DNA of 64,000 nucleotides. It comes from Patescibacteria group bacterium (GTDB lineage Bacteria > Patescibacteriota > Minisyncoccia > Phycocordibacterales > Phycocordibacteraceae). How positions within the stretch are numbered: position 1 is the stretch's first letter; each line of letters opens with the position of its first letter. Shown piece after piece: positions 1 to 11,045 of this stretch. Both the position numbers and the translations under genes were made by a program. The DNA lies in assembly GCA_038064695.1 (NCBI GenBank), contig JBBTSO010000001.1, forward strand, positions 635-64,634. Direction: 5' to 3'. The notes under the pieces are model-generated. The model worked only from the letters and a program-made list of their open reading frames with translations. It was not told the DNA's origin and ran no database searches.

Positions 1-510
1 AAAACATTTAACGCCAGCGAAGGATTTGCTGTTCCACCTGCCGAAACCAACGATGTAATTCAAAACCGTGGGGTAGAACTCACTGCCTTCTGTGTCATGC
101 CAAACCACTACCATCTAGTCGTGAAAGAAATACAAGAAGGTGGGATTGCATACTATCTACAACGTATTGGAACAGGATATACAAAATACTTCAATACCAA
201 ATACGAAACATCTGGCCGTATTTTTGAAAGCGCCTATAAAGCACGCCACGTCGGCGACAACAATTACCTCCTGTACCTCTCCACATATATTCATCGAAAC
301 CCGCGGGAGTTGAAACAGTGGAAGGACAAGGAATTTCACTACCCGTGGTCGTCGCTCCAAGATTTCACCGAGGGAAACCGGTGGGGTGGGCTTCTTATGT
401 CCGATATTATTGCGGATCAGTTTGACACGACCTCCAACAGTAACTATAAAGATTTTGTGAAAACAAGTACGGCCAAAATCTTGAAAAAAGAACTCGGGGA
501 GTTGCTTTAA
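1..510 (+). mobile_element. HUH/Y1 tyrosine transposase (RAYT/IS200-like), 5'-truncated by window edge
   Basis: Frame open from base 1; motifs AFCVMPNHYHL (HUH), YTKYFN..SGRIF, YIHRNP, YPWSS. Confidence 0.85.
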
Positions 511-521
511 AAAAGCAGAAT

Positions 522-548
522 AAAACCTCCGCTAAGGCAGAGGTTTTT
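522..548. terminator. Bidirectional intrinsic terminator between convergent genes
   Basis: AAAACCTC...GAGGTTTTT inverted repeat. Confidence 0.65.
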
Positions 549-584
549 GAGGAGTTTTAATGTCGCTGAGAAATAGTGTCTTAC

Positions 585-770
585 CTACTCACACGTAGGA
601 CAACCAACCTCTCTCCAGTATCCGTGAGGACAGAAGCCGATAAACTCGCTATCGGGGAGCAGTAATAGCAACCCTACCGCAGCCAACCCTGCTAACGCAA
701 CTGGTATTTCGCGAGGAATGTGTAACCCTGAAACACGAGATTCTGTTTCAAGTCCGTGTAGAGATGTCAT
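585..770 (-). CDS. Orphan 61-aa single-TM protein with C-terminal CPHG...CPTC motif
   Basis: Hydrophobic IPVALAGLAAVGLLLLLP followed by C/H...CxxC; upstream attenuator and promoter. Confidence 0.65.
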   Translation of the reverse strand: MTSLHGLETESRVSGLHIPREIPVALAGLAAVGLLLLLPDSEFIGFCPHGYWREVGCPTCE

Positions 771-809
771 AGTAGTACTTCAAAAAATTATGGCTAATGA
801 TCTGAGAAC

Positions 810-980
810 AAAAAAGCCCTCCGGAGGGAGGGCTTTGTGATTTCGAGATTGTTTGAGTGTCAGTTTTTACAAAATATCACAAAGCCCCCCTCCAATAAAG
901 AGGACGGCAAGCTTCTGTGTGTGATATGTCGAAAAGACTGACATAGAGATAACCTTACGCGTGCGCTAAAAACATGTCAA
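810..980 (-). promoter_or_regulatory. Promoter plus putative leader-peptide attenuator
   Basis: TTGACA(980-975)-17-TAAGGT(957-952); 25-aa uORF 944-867; 893-876 complementary to 841-823, competing with terminator 836-810. Confidence 0.7.
867..944 (-). CDS. Putative leader peptide MSVFSTYHTQKLAVLFIGGGLCDIL
   Basis: ATG 7 nt after -10 box; overlaps antiterminator strand; hand translation. Confidence 0.55.
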   Translation of the reverse strand: MSVFSTYHTQKLAVLFIGGGLCDIL

Positions 981-1006
981 CAAAACTTATCCCGAGTTTT
1001 TATAAC

Positions 1007-1033
1007 AAAAACCCCCGCAAAGTGCGGGAGTTT
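1007..1033 (-). terminator. Intrinsic terminator after rplB
   Basis: CCCGC/GCGGG stem with U-tract on minus strand. Confidence 0.65.
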
Positions 1034-1037
1034 AAAA

Positions 1038-1904
1038 TTATTTTCGTTTTTTGCCAACGCGACGGCGGGTAACAATGTGAACGTTTGAGTATTTCTTTGG
1101 CGTTCGTGTTTTCTGTCCCTTTCCTGTTGGCTTACCCCACATAGACACTGCGCGTCTACGTCCGCGGCCTTGGCGACCTTCACCTCCTCCGTGTGGGTGG
1201 TCTACCGGGTTCATGGCGGTACCACGAACCGTTGGGCGAATACCAAGGTGGCGTGAGCGACCAGCTTTACCAAGATTTTTCAAGCGGTATTCAGGGTTTG
1301 ATACTTCACCAATTGAGCCCCAGGCATTAATAGGAACTTTGCGAATTTCGGAAGATGGCATTTTAAGTTGAGCGTACCCTCCGTCGTGCGCAACCACTTC
1401 TGCATAAATACCGGCACTTCGTGCGATTTTGGCTCCTCCTCGTTCCTTCAATTCAACATTGAATACGAAGGTACCGACAGGAATTTTTGCGAGTGGTAAA
1501 CGATTCCCCGGAGTGAGCGGCGCTTCAGAAGAAGTGAGCACCGCACTTCCAACTCTAAGCGACTGTGGGGCGAGTATGTAGCGACGTTCACCGTCTCGAT
1601 ACACTACGCGTGCAATAAAGCCCGAGCGGTGTGGGTCGTATTCAAGGTGTTCAACGCGTCCCGGAACATCAATTTTATCAACAAAGTGAAAATCTACATT
1701 GCGACGCTTTTGTTTATTTCCTCCCCCCTGGTGGCGGGTAGTAATTCTGCCGTCGGAGTTTCTTCCTGCGTTTTTCTTTCCTCCTCGTACCAAACGTTTG
1801 AATGGTTTACCGGTGGTTAGCGTGTTGCGATAGCGGATAGTGCGCATCCCACGGGTGCCGGGACTTGTTGGTCTATGATTTTTTGTTTTTGAGTTTGATG
1901 CCAT
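1038..1904 (-). CDS. rplB: 50S ribosomal protein L2
   Basis: GRNSDGRITTRHQGGG, EYDPHRS, RGTAMNPVDHPHGGGEG. Confidence 0.99.
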   Translation of the reverse strand: MASNSKTKNHRPTSPGTRGMRTIRYRNTLTTGKPFKRLVRGGKKNAGRNSDGRITTRHQGGGNKQKRRNVDFHFVDKIDVPGRVEHLEYDPHRSGFIARVVYRDGERRYILAPQSLRVGSAVLTSSEAPLTPGNRLPLAKIPVGTFVFNVELKERGGAKIARSAGIYAEVVAHDGGYAQLKMPSSEIRKVPINAWGSIGEVSNPEYRLKNLGKAGRSRHLGIRPTVRGTAMNPVDHPHGGGEGRQGRGRRRAVSMWGKPTGKGQKTRTPKKYSNVHIVTRRRVGKKRK

Positions 1905-1910
1905 ATATCA

Positions 1911-2294
1911 CTATGATGAAAATTCAATACGATCACCCTCCTTGAGAAACACGTACGCTTTTTTGAATGCTCTCTTTGTACCGTATCCACGGCGAGTGCG
2001 CAAACTCACCCTTTTTGCCGGCACGTTCACCATGTTTACTTTAACGGGGGTAACGTGATATGCATCTTTAATTGCTGACGCGACTCCTGCTTTCGTAGCG
2101 CGTGGGGACACTTCAAACGTATACACATTTTCTGCTGTTTTTTGTGCAGCCTTTTCAGTAATGCGTGGGCGCGTGAGCATCATTGCATACATGCCTGACA
2201 CTTTTTCTCCCCCCGAAGTGACATTCGTTTTTTTAGCAGCACGCGGTGCTGATTTTTTCTTTTCTGTTTTTTTATCGTTTCCAAAAAGTGCCAT
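1911..2294 (-). CDS. rplW: 50S ribosomal protein L23
   Basis: PRITEKA, YTFEV, KKAYVFL; S10 order; Lys-rich N-extension. Confidence 0.97.
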   Translation of the reverse strand: MALFGNDKKTEKKKSAPRAAKKTNVTSGGEKVSGMYAMMLTRPRITEKAAQKTAENVYTFEVSPRATKAGVASAIKDAYHVTPVKVNMVNVPAKRVSLRTRRGYGTKRAFKKAYVFLKEGDRIEFSS

Positions 2295-2297
2295 ACG

Positions 2298-3056
2298 TTA
2301 CTTCATTCGTTTAGTGAGTGTCTCGAGCGCTGCCTCCGGGTTAGTAATAACCAAGAAGCGGTAGTTCATGATATCAACCGGGTTTAGGTTACGCGCCTCG
2401 TCCACTTTTACATTCCCCATATTGCTAAAACTTTTCTTTAGATTTGAATCAGGGGCACCGGTGATAATGAGCGCTGCATTGTTGCGACGAGTCGCGAGTT
2501 CTTCAAACCCTTTTACTCCTCCCAAAGCGCCCAAAAGTGCCTTTGCCTCTTTTGTTTTTGGAACAGAAAACACTGACTCTACAAAGAGCACGCGTGTTTT
2601 GCCGAACCGCTCTGATAGTACTGCGGCAAGAGCTCCCGTGCGCATTTTTTTATTGATTTTTTGTGAGTAGTCTTTCTCGTTACGAGGACCGAAGGTAATA
2701 CCTCCACCCTTCCAAATAGGTGAACGGCTTGAACCATGGCGAGCGCGCCCTGTTCCTTTTTGCTTCCACGGTTTCTTACCTCCTCCGCGAACTTCCCCAC
2801 GTGTTTTAGTGTGTGCAACCGGAGTGCGCGCGTTTGCCTCCATTGCCAACACTACCTGACGCACCAGTGAATCATTTTTTGCCGCGCCAAATAATACTTC
2901 AGGAAGCTCTATAGAACGAGCTACTTTCCCTTTCATGTCATACACGGATGCAGAAAGCGCACCTGGAGTAGCTGATTTTGCAGGTACTTTTGCCTTTGAA
3001 ACGCGAGGTTTCTTTGTAACTACTGCTTTCTTTGTTGTTGTTTTTTTCGTGACCAT
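2298..3056 (-). CDS. rplD: 50S ribosomal protein L4
   Basis: TKTRGEVRGGGKKPWKQKGTGRARHGS. Confidence 0.99.
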   Translation of the reverse strand: MVTKKTTTKKAVVTKKPRVSKAKVPAKSATPGALSASVYDMKGKVARSIELPEVLFGAAKNDSLVRQVVLAMEANARTPVAHTKTRGEVRGGGKKPWKQKGTGRARHGSSRSPIWKGGGITFGPRNEKDYSQKINKKMRTGALAAVLSERFGKTRVLFVESVFSVPKTKEAKALLGALGGVKGFEELATRRNNAALIITGAPDSNLKKSFSNMGNVKVDEARNLNPVDIMNYRFLVITNPEAALETLTKRMK

Positions 3057-3061
3057 ATATT

Positions 3062-3661
3062 TTATTGTGAAACTACTTCAACAAACTGCCCACGGCGGCC
3101 TGGAACAGCGCCTTTTACAAATAACTCACCACGCTCAGTATCAACGCGAACGATTTTTACATTTTTTATAGTGATGCGATCGCCACCCATGCGGCCTGCC
3201 ATGCGCATACCTTTCACCACGCGCCCTCCTGCGCGGCCTGGACCTCCGCCGATAGACCCTGCTTCGCGTTCAGAGTGCTTCTGGCCGTGTGAACGTCTCC
3301 CTCCGTGGAAGCCGTGACGCTTCACCACTCCCGCAAATCCTTTTCCTTTTGAAATAGCTGAAACAGTGATGAGGTCGCCAGGAGTAAAGCCATCAAGCGT
3401 TATGACATCGCCCACCCCAAGACCTTCTACGGGAAATTCTTTATATTTTGCAAAAAGACCTTTAGGACGTTGTGCTTTGTGTACGTTTTTTTCTTTCTTT
3501 ACCCCGTACCCAACTTGAGTCGCAGCATACCCGTCTTTGTCGGCAGTTTTTACCTGCGTTACCTTCACCTCACCAACAGTAATGACCGTCACTGGGGTGA
3601 CGTTGCCGTCAGTGTCAAACACCTGGCTCATTCCTTTCTTGGTTCCGATGATGATTTTCAT
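3062..3661 (-). CDS. rplC: 50S ribosomal protein L3
   Basis: GTKKGMSQVF, SKGKGFAGVVKRHGF, KGMRMAGRMG. Confidence 0.99.
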   Translation of the reverse strand: MKIIIGTKKGMSQVFDTDGNVTPVTVITVGEVKVTQVKTADKDGYAATQVGYGVKKEKNVHKAQRPKGLFAKYKEFPVEGLGVGDVITLDGFTPGDLITVSAISKGKGFAGVVKRHGFHGGRRSHGQKHSEREAGSIGGGPGRAGGRVVKGMRMAGRMGGDRITIKNVKIVRVDTERGELFVKGAVPGRRGQFVEVVSQ

Positions 3662-3824
3662 GCTGTTTTATGGTCAGAATTTTGGCTTTGCAAAATCCTG
3701 TACAAGAAAACGCGCGAATGGCTTCCCATCCGCGCGTTGCGCGAGAGAGCCATTGGTTGAGTCCTTCGCAGAGCTCAACGTAGCGTTATGAAAGTACTAT
3801 ACAGGAAGTATCTCAAAAATGCAA
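3662..3824 (-). promoter_or_regulatory. Dedicated rplC promoter and ~130-nt leader
   Basis: TTGCAT(3824-3819)-17-TATAGT(3801-3796); leader contains inverted repeats (AATGGCT.../...AGCCATT). Confidence 0.6.
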
Positions 3825-3845
3825 ACTCGTTTACCCTCTGAAGGG

Positions 3846-3998
3846 CTATCTAGGGCCTACAGCTCTAAAAATTGCGAGAAATGTTAGTACAGGAAGACCT
3901 AAACAAAGAGCAATACCTGCTAACGATTCTAGTTCTCCCAAAACACCATCATTATTAAAATCAAACAATTCCTCTGCGTTCGTAAGTTTTTCAGCCAT
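3846..3998 (-). CDS. Orphan 50-aa single-TM protein (not in ORF track)
   Basis: MAEKLTNAEELFDFNNDGVLGELESLAGIALCLGLPVLTFLAIFRAVGPR; TTGACA(4035-4030)-17-TAGTAT, ATG 8 nt later. Confidence 0.7.
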   Translation of the reverse strand: MAEKLTNAEELFDFNNDGVLGELESLAGIALCLGLPVLTFLAIFRAVGPR

Positions 3999-4102
3999 AT
4001 AAAGGCATACTATCACATCGTTCTTTATTTGTCAACCCCCCCGTAATAGTTCAATACCTTGGAATCACCCTCGAGGATTTAAGGTATGGGAGTGTCATAT
4101 AC

Positions 4103-4130
4103 TAAAACCACCCCGCGCGGGGTGGTTTTT
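4103..4130. terminator. Intrinsic terminator
   Basis: AAAACCACCCC-GCGC-GGGGTGGTTTTT. Confidence 0.75.
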
Positions 4131-4334
4131 CACTCATCACTGTTCACTTTTCATTGATCTTCAAAGGTCTTCAAAAAATACAAGAATTTTTATTCTGTTG
4201 GAATCAGGTAGGGAGCAAGGGCGGTTGCAATCATACCTAGCCTTTCTAGCGTTATGAAAGCACTACAGGCTCCCTCCCAAAAAATGCAAGAAACTAAAAC
4301 TTGACATTTTCCAAAAAAAAAATATACTACTGAA

Positions 4335-4517
4335 ATGAAAATAGAACATGCAGCAATGGCAATTGGTGTTAGCGGGTTAATTTTAGGTGCGTTTAACATC
4401 GGTGAAGAGCGCGGGCGCGGAGAATACGATTTTGATGAATCAGAACTTGGAATAGTATTTTCTCTCGCAGGCACGATTGGTTCGTTACTAGTACTACTAA
4501 TAAGACGTAGAAACTAA
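4335..4517 (+). CDS. Orphan 60-aa two-TM protein
   Basis: Two hydrophobic segments; TTGACA(4301)-16-TATACT(4323), ATG 6 nt later; terminator 4520-4548. Confidence 0.75.
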   Translation: MKIEHAAMAIGVSGLILGAFNIGEERGRGEYDFDESELGIVFSLAGTIGSLLVLLIRRRN

Positions 4518-4519
4518 CA

Positions 4520-4548
4520 AAAAAACCACTCCTTTCGGGGTGGTTTTT
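4520..4548 (+). terminator. Intrinsic terminator
   Basis: AAAAACCACTCC-TTTC-GGGGTGGTTTTT, close to the hairpin at 4103-4130. Confidence 0.75.
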
Positions 4549-4721
4549 CTTTTCTGAATGCTGTCTGCTGAATGCTCCGCGGTTTTTACTGATCACTCAT
4601 CACTGGTTCCTCTCCACTGATTTTACTGCCGACGTAAAACAAGCCGCCCGTCTGATCCACGTTCTCACGAACGTGGTATTTCGCGAGCGGCTACCATGGT
4701 GTTTTGCTGGTTACAGCAAGA

Positions 4722-4748
4722 AAAAATCCCGCCGAAGCGGGATTTTTT
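4722..4748 (-). terminator. Intrinsic terminator after rpsJ
   Basis: AAAAATCCCGC-CGAA-GCGGGATTTTT. Confidence 0.8.
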
Positions 4749-4749
4749 C

Positions 4750-5109
4750 TTACATCATCTTCACATCAACGGACACTCCCGACGGAAGCCCGAGGTTGGA
4801 AAGTGAGTCAACAATTTTTGGCGTAGGGTTCAAGATGTCCAAAATACGTTTGTGCGTGCGCATTTCAAACTGCTCGCGTGAATCTTTGTCGATGAACGCG
4901 CCACGGTTAACCGTAAACTTTTTAATATCGGTTGGAAGCGGAATGGGGCCCACTACGCTCGCCTCAAGGCGAAGCGCGGTATCAATAATCTGCTTTACCG
5001 AACTATCAACGAGTTTGTGGTCGTAGCCACGCACCTTGATACGGAGTTTTGTGGATTCCGCGACTGGTGCTTTTTTGCGAGAAGCTTTTGGTTTTGTTGA
5101 AGTTGCCAT
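4750..5109 (-). CDS. rpsJ: 30S ribosomal protein S10
   Basis: RIKVRGYDHKLVD, GPIPLPT, SREQFEMRTHKR. Confidence 0.99.
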   Translation of the reverse strand: MATSTKPKASRKKAPVAESTKLRIKVRGYDHKLVDSSVKQIIDTALRLEASVVGPIPLPTDIKKFTVNRGAFIDKDSREQFEMRTHKRILDILNPTPKIVDSLSNLGLPSGVSVDVKMM

Positions 5110-5134
5110 AGAGAATTCTTCTCGTGCCTAAGCT

Positions 5135-6331
<1,197 letters not shown>

Positions 6332-6467
6332 ATATAAGTGATGAGTTAAGAGTAATGAGTAAACAGATTAATAAGTGACTGCGGCTGCCCACAGACGAAA
6401 ACACGCGTGAAGCGTTATGCTTTATAGTATAGGTTTAACGAGGAACCGTCAAGAAAAAGAATAGTAC

Positions 6468-6749
6468 TTAATGAAAGACAGGCTCCCGATCTCTATGAGT
6501 AATTTTTATAATTATGTACACAAAACCACCCGGTAACACGACCCACTTTAAAATTTGAATCTGGAGACCTCCCTCTAAAAGACCCCAAAGGAACTTAGCC
6601 GCCTCTTCTACGGAAGAGAACATGTTTTCAATAACCTCTACGGAAGCTTCTCCAGTATCTTCCGCGACATCATTTAAAAAGCTAAACTCCTCTTCTTTAA
6701 AGAAAAGTCCGTCTGTTATGTCACGCACCATGTCCAAAAACCCTTCCAT
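6468..6749 (-). CDS. Orphan 93-aa acidic protein with C-terminal TM, between fusA and tuf
   Basis: TTGACA(6784-6779)-16-TATCAT, ATG 7 nt later; hydrophobic ILKWVVLPGGFVYIII. Confidence 0.7.
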   Translation of the reverse strand: MEGFLDMVRDITDGLFFKEEEFSFLNDVAEDTGEASVEVIENMFSSVEEAAKFLWGLLEGGLQIQILKWVVLPGGFVYIIIKITHRDREPVFH

Positions 6750-6804
6750 AGGACTAATGATACAATATATTTTGTAACTGTCAATTATTTACACTCAACA
6801 ACTC

Positions 6805-8955
6805 CTATTTCCTGTTTGCCTTGATCTCCTCGGCAACGTTTGGAGGAACGACTGCGTAGTGGTGGAACTCCATGGTCATCTGCCCACGGCCTTCAGTCAT
6901 AGAGCGCAATTGCGTGGTATACCCGAACATTTCGGAAAGTGGAACGAGTGCGTTCACTACCTTCGCGAGCCCGCGTTCACTCATTGAGTCAATGGTGCCG
7001 CGCTTTGCCGTAATGCTGCCGGTGACATCCCCCATGAATTTATCAGGAAACACTACTTCTACTTTCATGACCGGTTCCAGCAACACTGCTTTGGCGCGCT
7101 CCGCTGCTTCTTTAAACGCGTTGATGGCAGCGAGTTTGAAGGCGATTTCTGATGAGTCAACGTCGTGGTACGAACCATCGTTCAACTCAACTGAAATATC
7201 AACCATTTTGTACCCGGCGACGTACCCACGCTCCATTGCCTCTTTGACTCCCTTTTCAACGGCAGGAATAAATTCTTGTGGAATAACCCCTCCCTTGATG
7301 TTGTTGACGAACTCAAAGTGATCTTCGCGGTTCACGTTCTTTTTCACTTTTGCCCCCTCCTCAACTGGTTCCAGCGGTTTAATTTTAAGTACCACGTGTC
7401 CGTACTGACCTTTACCTCCTGTCTGCTTCACATACTTGTAGTTTGCTTCTGCCTCTTTCTGGATAGTTTCGCGATATGCCACTTGTGGTTTACCGGTGTT
7501 TGCCTCTACCTTAAACTCACGCTTCATACGGTCAACGATGATGTCCAAGTGGAGTTCACCCATTCCTGAAATAATCGTCTCGCCTGTCTCTTGATCGCCC
7601 GCCACGCGGAAAGTTGGATCTTCGTCAGCCAATTTCTTAAGCGCGACGCCCATTTTTTCCTGATCTTGTTTTGTTTTTGGCTCTACGCGAACTGACACCA
7701 CTGGTTCAGGGAAGACAATTTCTTCCAAGATAATTGGGTTTGCTTCATCACACAGTGTGTGCGACGTGCGCGCGTCTTTAAGCCCTACCGCTGCGGCAAT
7801 TTCTCCCGCAAACACTTCTTTAATTTCTTCACGCTTGTCAGCTTGCAAACGAACAATGCGGCTCAAACGCTCTTTGTCGCCTGTCGTTGAATTGTAAATA
7901 TATGAACCTGCTTCTACTTTTCCTGAGTACACGCGGAAGAACGTGAGCGCTCCCACAAAGGGATCGGTTTGAAGTTTGAATGCAAGTGCGCAGAATGGCT
8001 CTGAATCTGACGCATGGCGTTCAATTTCTGCTCCCGTTTTTGGATCGATACCTTTAATAGCAGGCACGTCCAAAGGAGAGGGTAGGTATTCAACAACGGC
8101 ATCCAACACCAACTGCACCCCTTTGTTTTTGAGGGCGCTTCCCGTAAATACAGGAACAATTTTATTTGCAATAACTGCCTTGCGGAGTGTCGCTTTCAAC
8201 TCTTCTAAAGATGGTTCTTTCCCATCCAAGTACGACGTCATGAGTGCGTCGTCTTGTTCAACAATTTTATCAATGAGTTCGTGACGATATTTTTCTACAT
8301 CGGCTTTAAGGTTTTCAGGGATTGTTTCTTCATAGCGGACTGTTTTCCCCATTTCTCCTTCAAAGTAGACGGCGCGACGGGTGAGCAAGTCAATAACTCC
8401 CTCGTGCGCATCTTCTTCACCAATAGGAATTTGCATACGGACAGCATCTTTCGTGAGGCGATCCAAAATAGATGCGTAGGAACGTTCAAATGAGGCGCCG
8501 GTGCGGTCAAGTTTATTTATGAAACAGATGCGGGGCACCCCCCCTTCGTCGGCGTAACGCCAGTTGGTTTCTGATTGTGGTTCTACTCCGGCAACGCCGT
8601 CAAACACCACCACCGCACCGTCCAACACGCGAAGTGATCGCTTTACCTCCACCGTAAAGTCAATGTGGCCTGGGGTGTCAATAATGTTAAAAGAAAAACG
8701 TTTTGCAGGGTCTTTTTGATCAGGCTCAATAGTGGTTGCCCACGTACACGAAACTGCGGCGGCAGTAATGGTGATACCGCGTTCGCGTTCTTGCTCCATC
8801 CAGTCGGTCGTCGTTTCCCCGTCGTGCACTTCACCAATTTTGTGGCTCATTCCGGTATAGAAAAGCACGCGCTCAGACGTGGTGGTTTTACCCGCGTCAA
8901 TGTGCGCAATAATTCCGAAGTTACGAACTTTCTCCAGTGGGTATTGGCGTGCCAT
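6805..8955 (-). CDS. fusA: Elongation factor G
   Basis: [26 protein letters not shown]. Confidence 0.99.
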   Translation of the reverse strand: MARQYPLEKVRNFGIIAHIDAGKTTTSERVLFYTGMSHKIGEVHDGETTTDWMEQERERGITITAAAVSCTWATTIEPDQKDPAKRFSFNIIDTPGHIDFTVEVKRSLRVLDGAVVVFDGVAGVEPQSETNWRYADEGGVPRICFINKLDRTGASFERSYASILDRLTKDAVRMQIPIGEEDAHEGVIDLLTRRAVYFEGEMGKTVRYEETIPENLKADVEKYRHELIDKIVEQDDALMTSYLDGKEPSLEELKATLRKAVIANKIVPVFTGSALKNKGVQLVLDAVVEYLPSPLDVPAIKGIDPKTGAEIERHASDSEPFCALAFKLQTDPFVGALTFFRVYSGKVEAGSYIYNSTTGDKERLSRIVRLQADKREEIKEVFAGEIAAAVGLKDARTSHTLCDEANPIILEEIVFPEPVVSVRVEPKTKQDQEKMGVALKKLADEDPTFRVAGDQETGETIISGMGELHLDIIVDRMKREFKVEANTGKPQVAYRETIQKEAEANYKYVKQTGGKGQYGHVVLKIKPLEPVEEGAKVKKNVNREDHFEFVNNIKGGVIPQEFIPAVEKGVKEAMERGYVAGYKMVDISVELNDGSYHDVDSSEIAFKLAAINAFKEAAERAKAVLLEPVMKVEVVFPDKFMGDVTGSITAKRGTIDSMSERGLAKVVNALVPLSEMFGYTTQLRSMTEGRGQMTMEFHHYAVVPPNVAEEIKANRK

Positions 8956-9017
8956 ATTTAAAAGTATTCAGTAGTGAGTATTAAGTATAAGGTATAAGAA
9001 AACTAAGGACGAATGAA

Positions 9018-9488
9018 TTACCACGCGAGATGGGCAAACGCACGGTTTGCTTCTGCCATTCGGTGCACGTCGTCTCGTTTTTTCACCGCAGCGCCTTCAT
9101 TCTTTGAAGCAGCAATGAGCTCATCAGCAAGTTTCATGTACATTGGTTTTCCTTTGGTTGCGCGAGCCGTAGCAAGAATCCAACGGAACGCGAGCGAGCG
9201 ACGGCGTTCAGGTCTCACCTCAACAGGAACCTGGTAGTTTGCGCCACCGACACGCTTTGAACGCGTTTCAACGGTTGGGGAAATGTTTTGGATTGCCATT
9301 TCAAAAACGGCGAGTGGGTCCGCGGCATTGTCACGGTTCTTTATTTCATCAAGCGCAGCGTATACCGCTTTTCGCGCCACTGACTTTTTACCACTCACCA
9401 TGAGCACATTTATAAAACGACCAAGCAACTCCGAGTTGTATCGGTCTTCTTGAGGAGCATCATGTTTATGTTTGATTGGTCTTCGCAT
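9018..9488 (-). CDS. rpsG: 30S ribosomal protein S7
   Basis: RVGGANYQVPVEV, HRMAEANRAFAH. Confidence 0.99.
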   Translation of the reverse strand: MRRPIKHKHDAPQEDRYNSELLGRFINVLMVSGKKSVARKAVYAALDEIKNRDNAADPLAVFEMAIQNISPTVETRSKRVGGANYQVPVEVRPERRRSLAFRWILATARATKGKPMYMKLADELIAASKNEGAAVKKRDDVHRMAEANRAFAHLAW

Positions 9489-9529
9489 ATAAATAAAAAG
9501 TGGCTAGTTGATAGTGGTTAGTGTACAGC

Positions 9530-9940
9530 TTAGGCTTTAGGACGTTTCGCGCCGTATCGTGAACGACTGCGACGGCGTTTCTCCAAACCGGCGGTGTCCA
9601 ATTTACCACGAACCACGGTGTAGCGAAGGGATACGTCTTTCACACGTCCGCCGCGAAGCATCACCACTGAGTGTTCCTGAAGATTGTGTCCTTCTCCGGG
9701 TATGTAGGCGGTTACCTCCATACCATTTGAAAGGCGCACACGGGCAATTTTACGAATGGCAGAGTTCGGTTTGCGAGGAGTTTTGGTGGTGACCTTGGTA
9801 CACACACCACGTTTGAAAGGAGACGGGTAGTACGTTGGTTTGTTCTTTACGCTGTTGAAACCACGTTGAAGAGCCACGGTTTTTGATTTTCGTGCCCGTT
9901 TATTTCGGGGGTTTCTTCGAAGTTGGTTAATGGTAGACAT
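9530..9940 (-). CDS. rpsL: 30S ribosomal protein S12 (start moved to MSTINQL)
   Basis: [27 protein letters not shown]. Confidence 0.99.
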   Translation of the reverse strand: MSTINQLRRNPRNKRARKSKTVALQRGFNSVKNKPTYYPSPFKRGVCTKVTTKTPRKPNSAIRKIARVRLSNGMEVTAYIPGEGHNLQEHSVVMLRGGRVKDVSLRYTVVRGKLDTAGLEKRRRSRSRYGAKRPKA

Positions 9941-10017
9941 CGTAATGAAAAAACCACAACGAGGGTGGTTAAAGGAAACTATACTATTCCCACAGGAAAA
10001 ACGCAAACCCTGAACCT

Positions 10018-10320
10018 CTATTTTTCATCTTTATTAAAAATTTTATCCAATCGTTCAATAAACCCCTGTAATCCTGGTGTTTCACTCTTGCCTTCCTTAT
10101 TTTCTTCTTTTCCATCCGTCTCTCCATCTGAGACAGGTTTTTCTGGAGCACCTGCTTCTCCAGAAGAGGTACTTGCGGGCTCTGCCTCATTGAAGACAGC
10201 GGTAACTAAAACTGCCGCAAGCACTGCGAGCATTACCCCTCCATAGGTAACGAGGCGAGGGTCAATAGAAAAAGAGGGGGCAGTAACGGCATTGAGATGT
10301 GTTTCTTTGCGTCTATCCAT
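10018..10320 (-). CDS. Orphan ~100-aa single-TM protein with acidic tail (start moved to MDRRKE)
   Basis: TTTACA-17-TACTTT, ATG 7 nt later; [19 protein letters not shown]. Confidence 0.7.
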   Translation of the reverse strand: MDRRKETHLNAVTAPSFSIDPRLVTYGGVMLAVLAAVLVTAVFNEAEPASTSSGEAGAPEKPVSDGETDGKEENKEGKSETPGLQGFIERLDKIFNKDEK

Positions 10321-10360
10321 AACCTTAAAAGTACAGGACAAATAAACGTGTGTAAAGCAA

Positions 10361-10996
10361 CTACACTCCCACGAACAACCTGGAAAGAAAATAGACAAAT
10401 TTAGAGACGGGGTCACTAAACACAAAAACCAAGAGCATCAATACTCCAATAAGGCCGATGGGTCCGAGCGCGTAGGTCGTGTTTTCTAAACGGTTATACG
10501 CAATAGACGCGTTCAGGGGAAGAAGCGCTTTCAGTATTTTGGAGCCGTCCAAAGGCGGGATAGGGATGAGGTTGATGATGGCGAGTCCAAGATTTGCAAC
10601 AATGACCAAAACCGCAATCTGGAAAATAAACAGATCAATACCCCCACCAGCCGCACGAACAATCATTGCAACGACAAACGCAATCAAAATATTGGTGCCT
10701 GGCCCCGCAAAAGAAACGAGTGCTTCCCCCCACTTTCCGTGACGCAGGTTGTAGGGGTTGTACGGCACGGGCTTTGCCCACCCTATAAGAAACGGGGTGC
10801 CCGAAAGCGCCAAAATTCCTGGGACCAAAATGCTCCCTACAGGGTCAATATGCGGAATTGGGTTTAAAGTGAGTCGCCCCGACAGTCGCGCGGTGGGGTC
10901 GCCAAGCCAGTTTGCGACATACCCGTGCGCCACTTCGTGAAAAATGATTGAAAGGATAACGAGAACGATGCCGATAACAAAAACGTCGGGAGACAT
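10361..10996 (-). CDS. Site-2 protease, peptidase M50 family
   Basis: HEVAHG, GDPTA, NLIPIPPLDG. Confidence 0.95.
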   Translation of the reverse strand: MSPDVFVIGIVLVILSIIFHEVAHGYVANWLGDPTARLSGRLTLNPIPHIDPVGSILVPGILALSGTPFLIGWAKPVPYNPYNLRHGKWGEALVSFAGPGTNILIAFVVAMIVRAAGGGIDLFIFQIAVLVIVANLGLAIINLIPIPPLDGSKILKALLPLNASIAYNRLENTTYALGPIGLIGVLMLLVFVFSDPVSKFVYFLSRLFVGV

Positions 10997-11045
10997 AAAA
11001 ATAAGTATACAGTATTGAGTATTCCGTATAGAGTATAGAAAAGAT

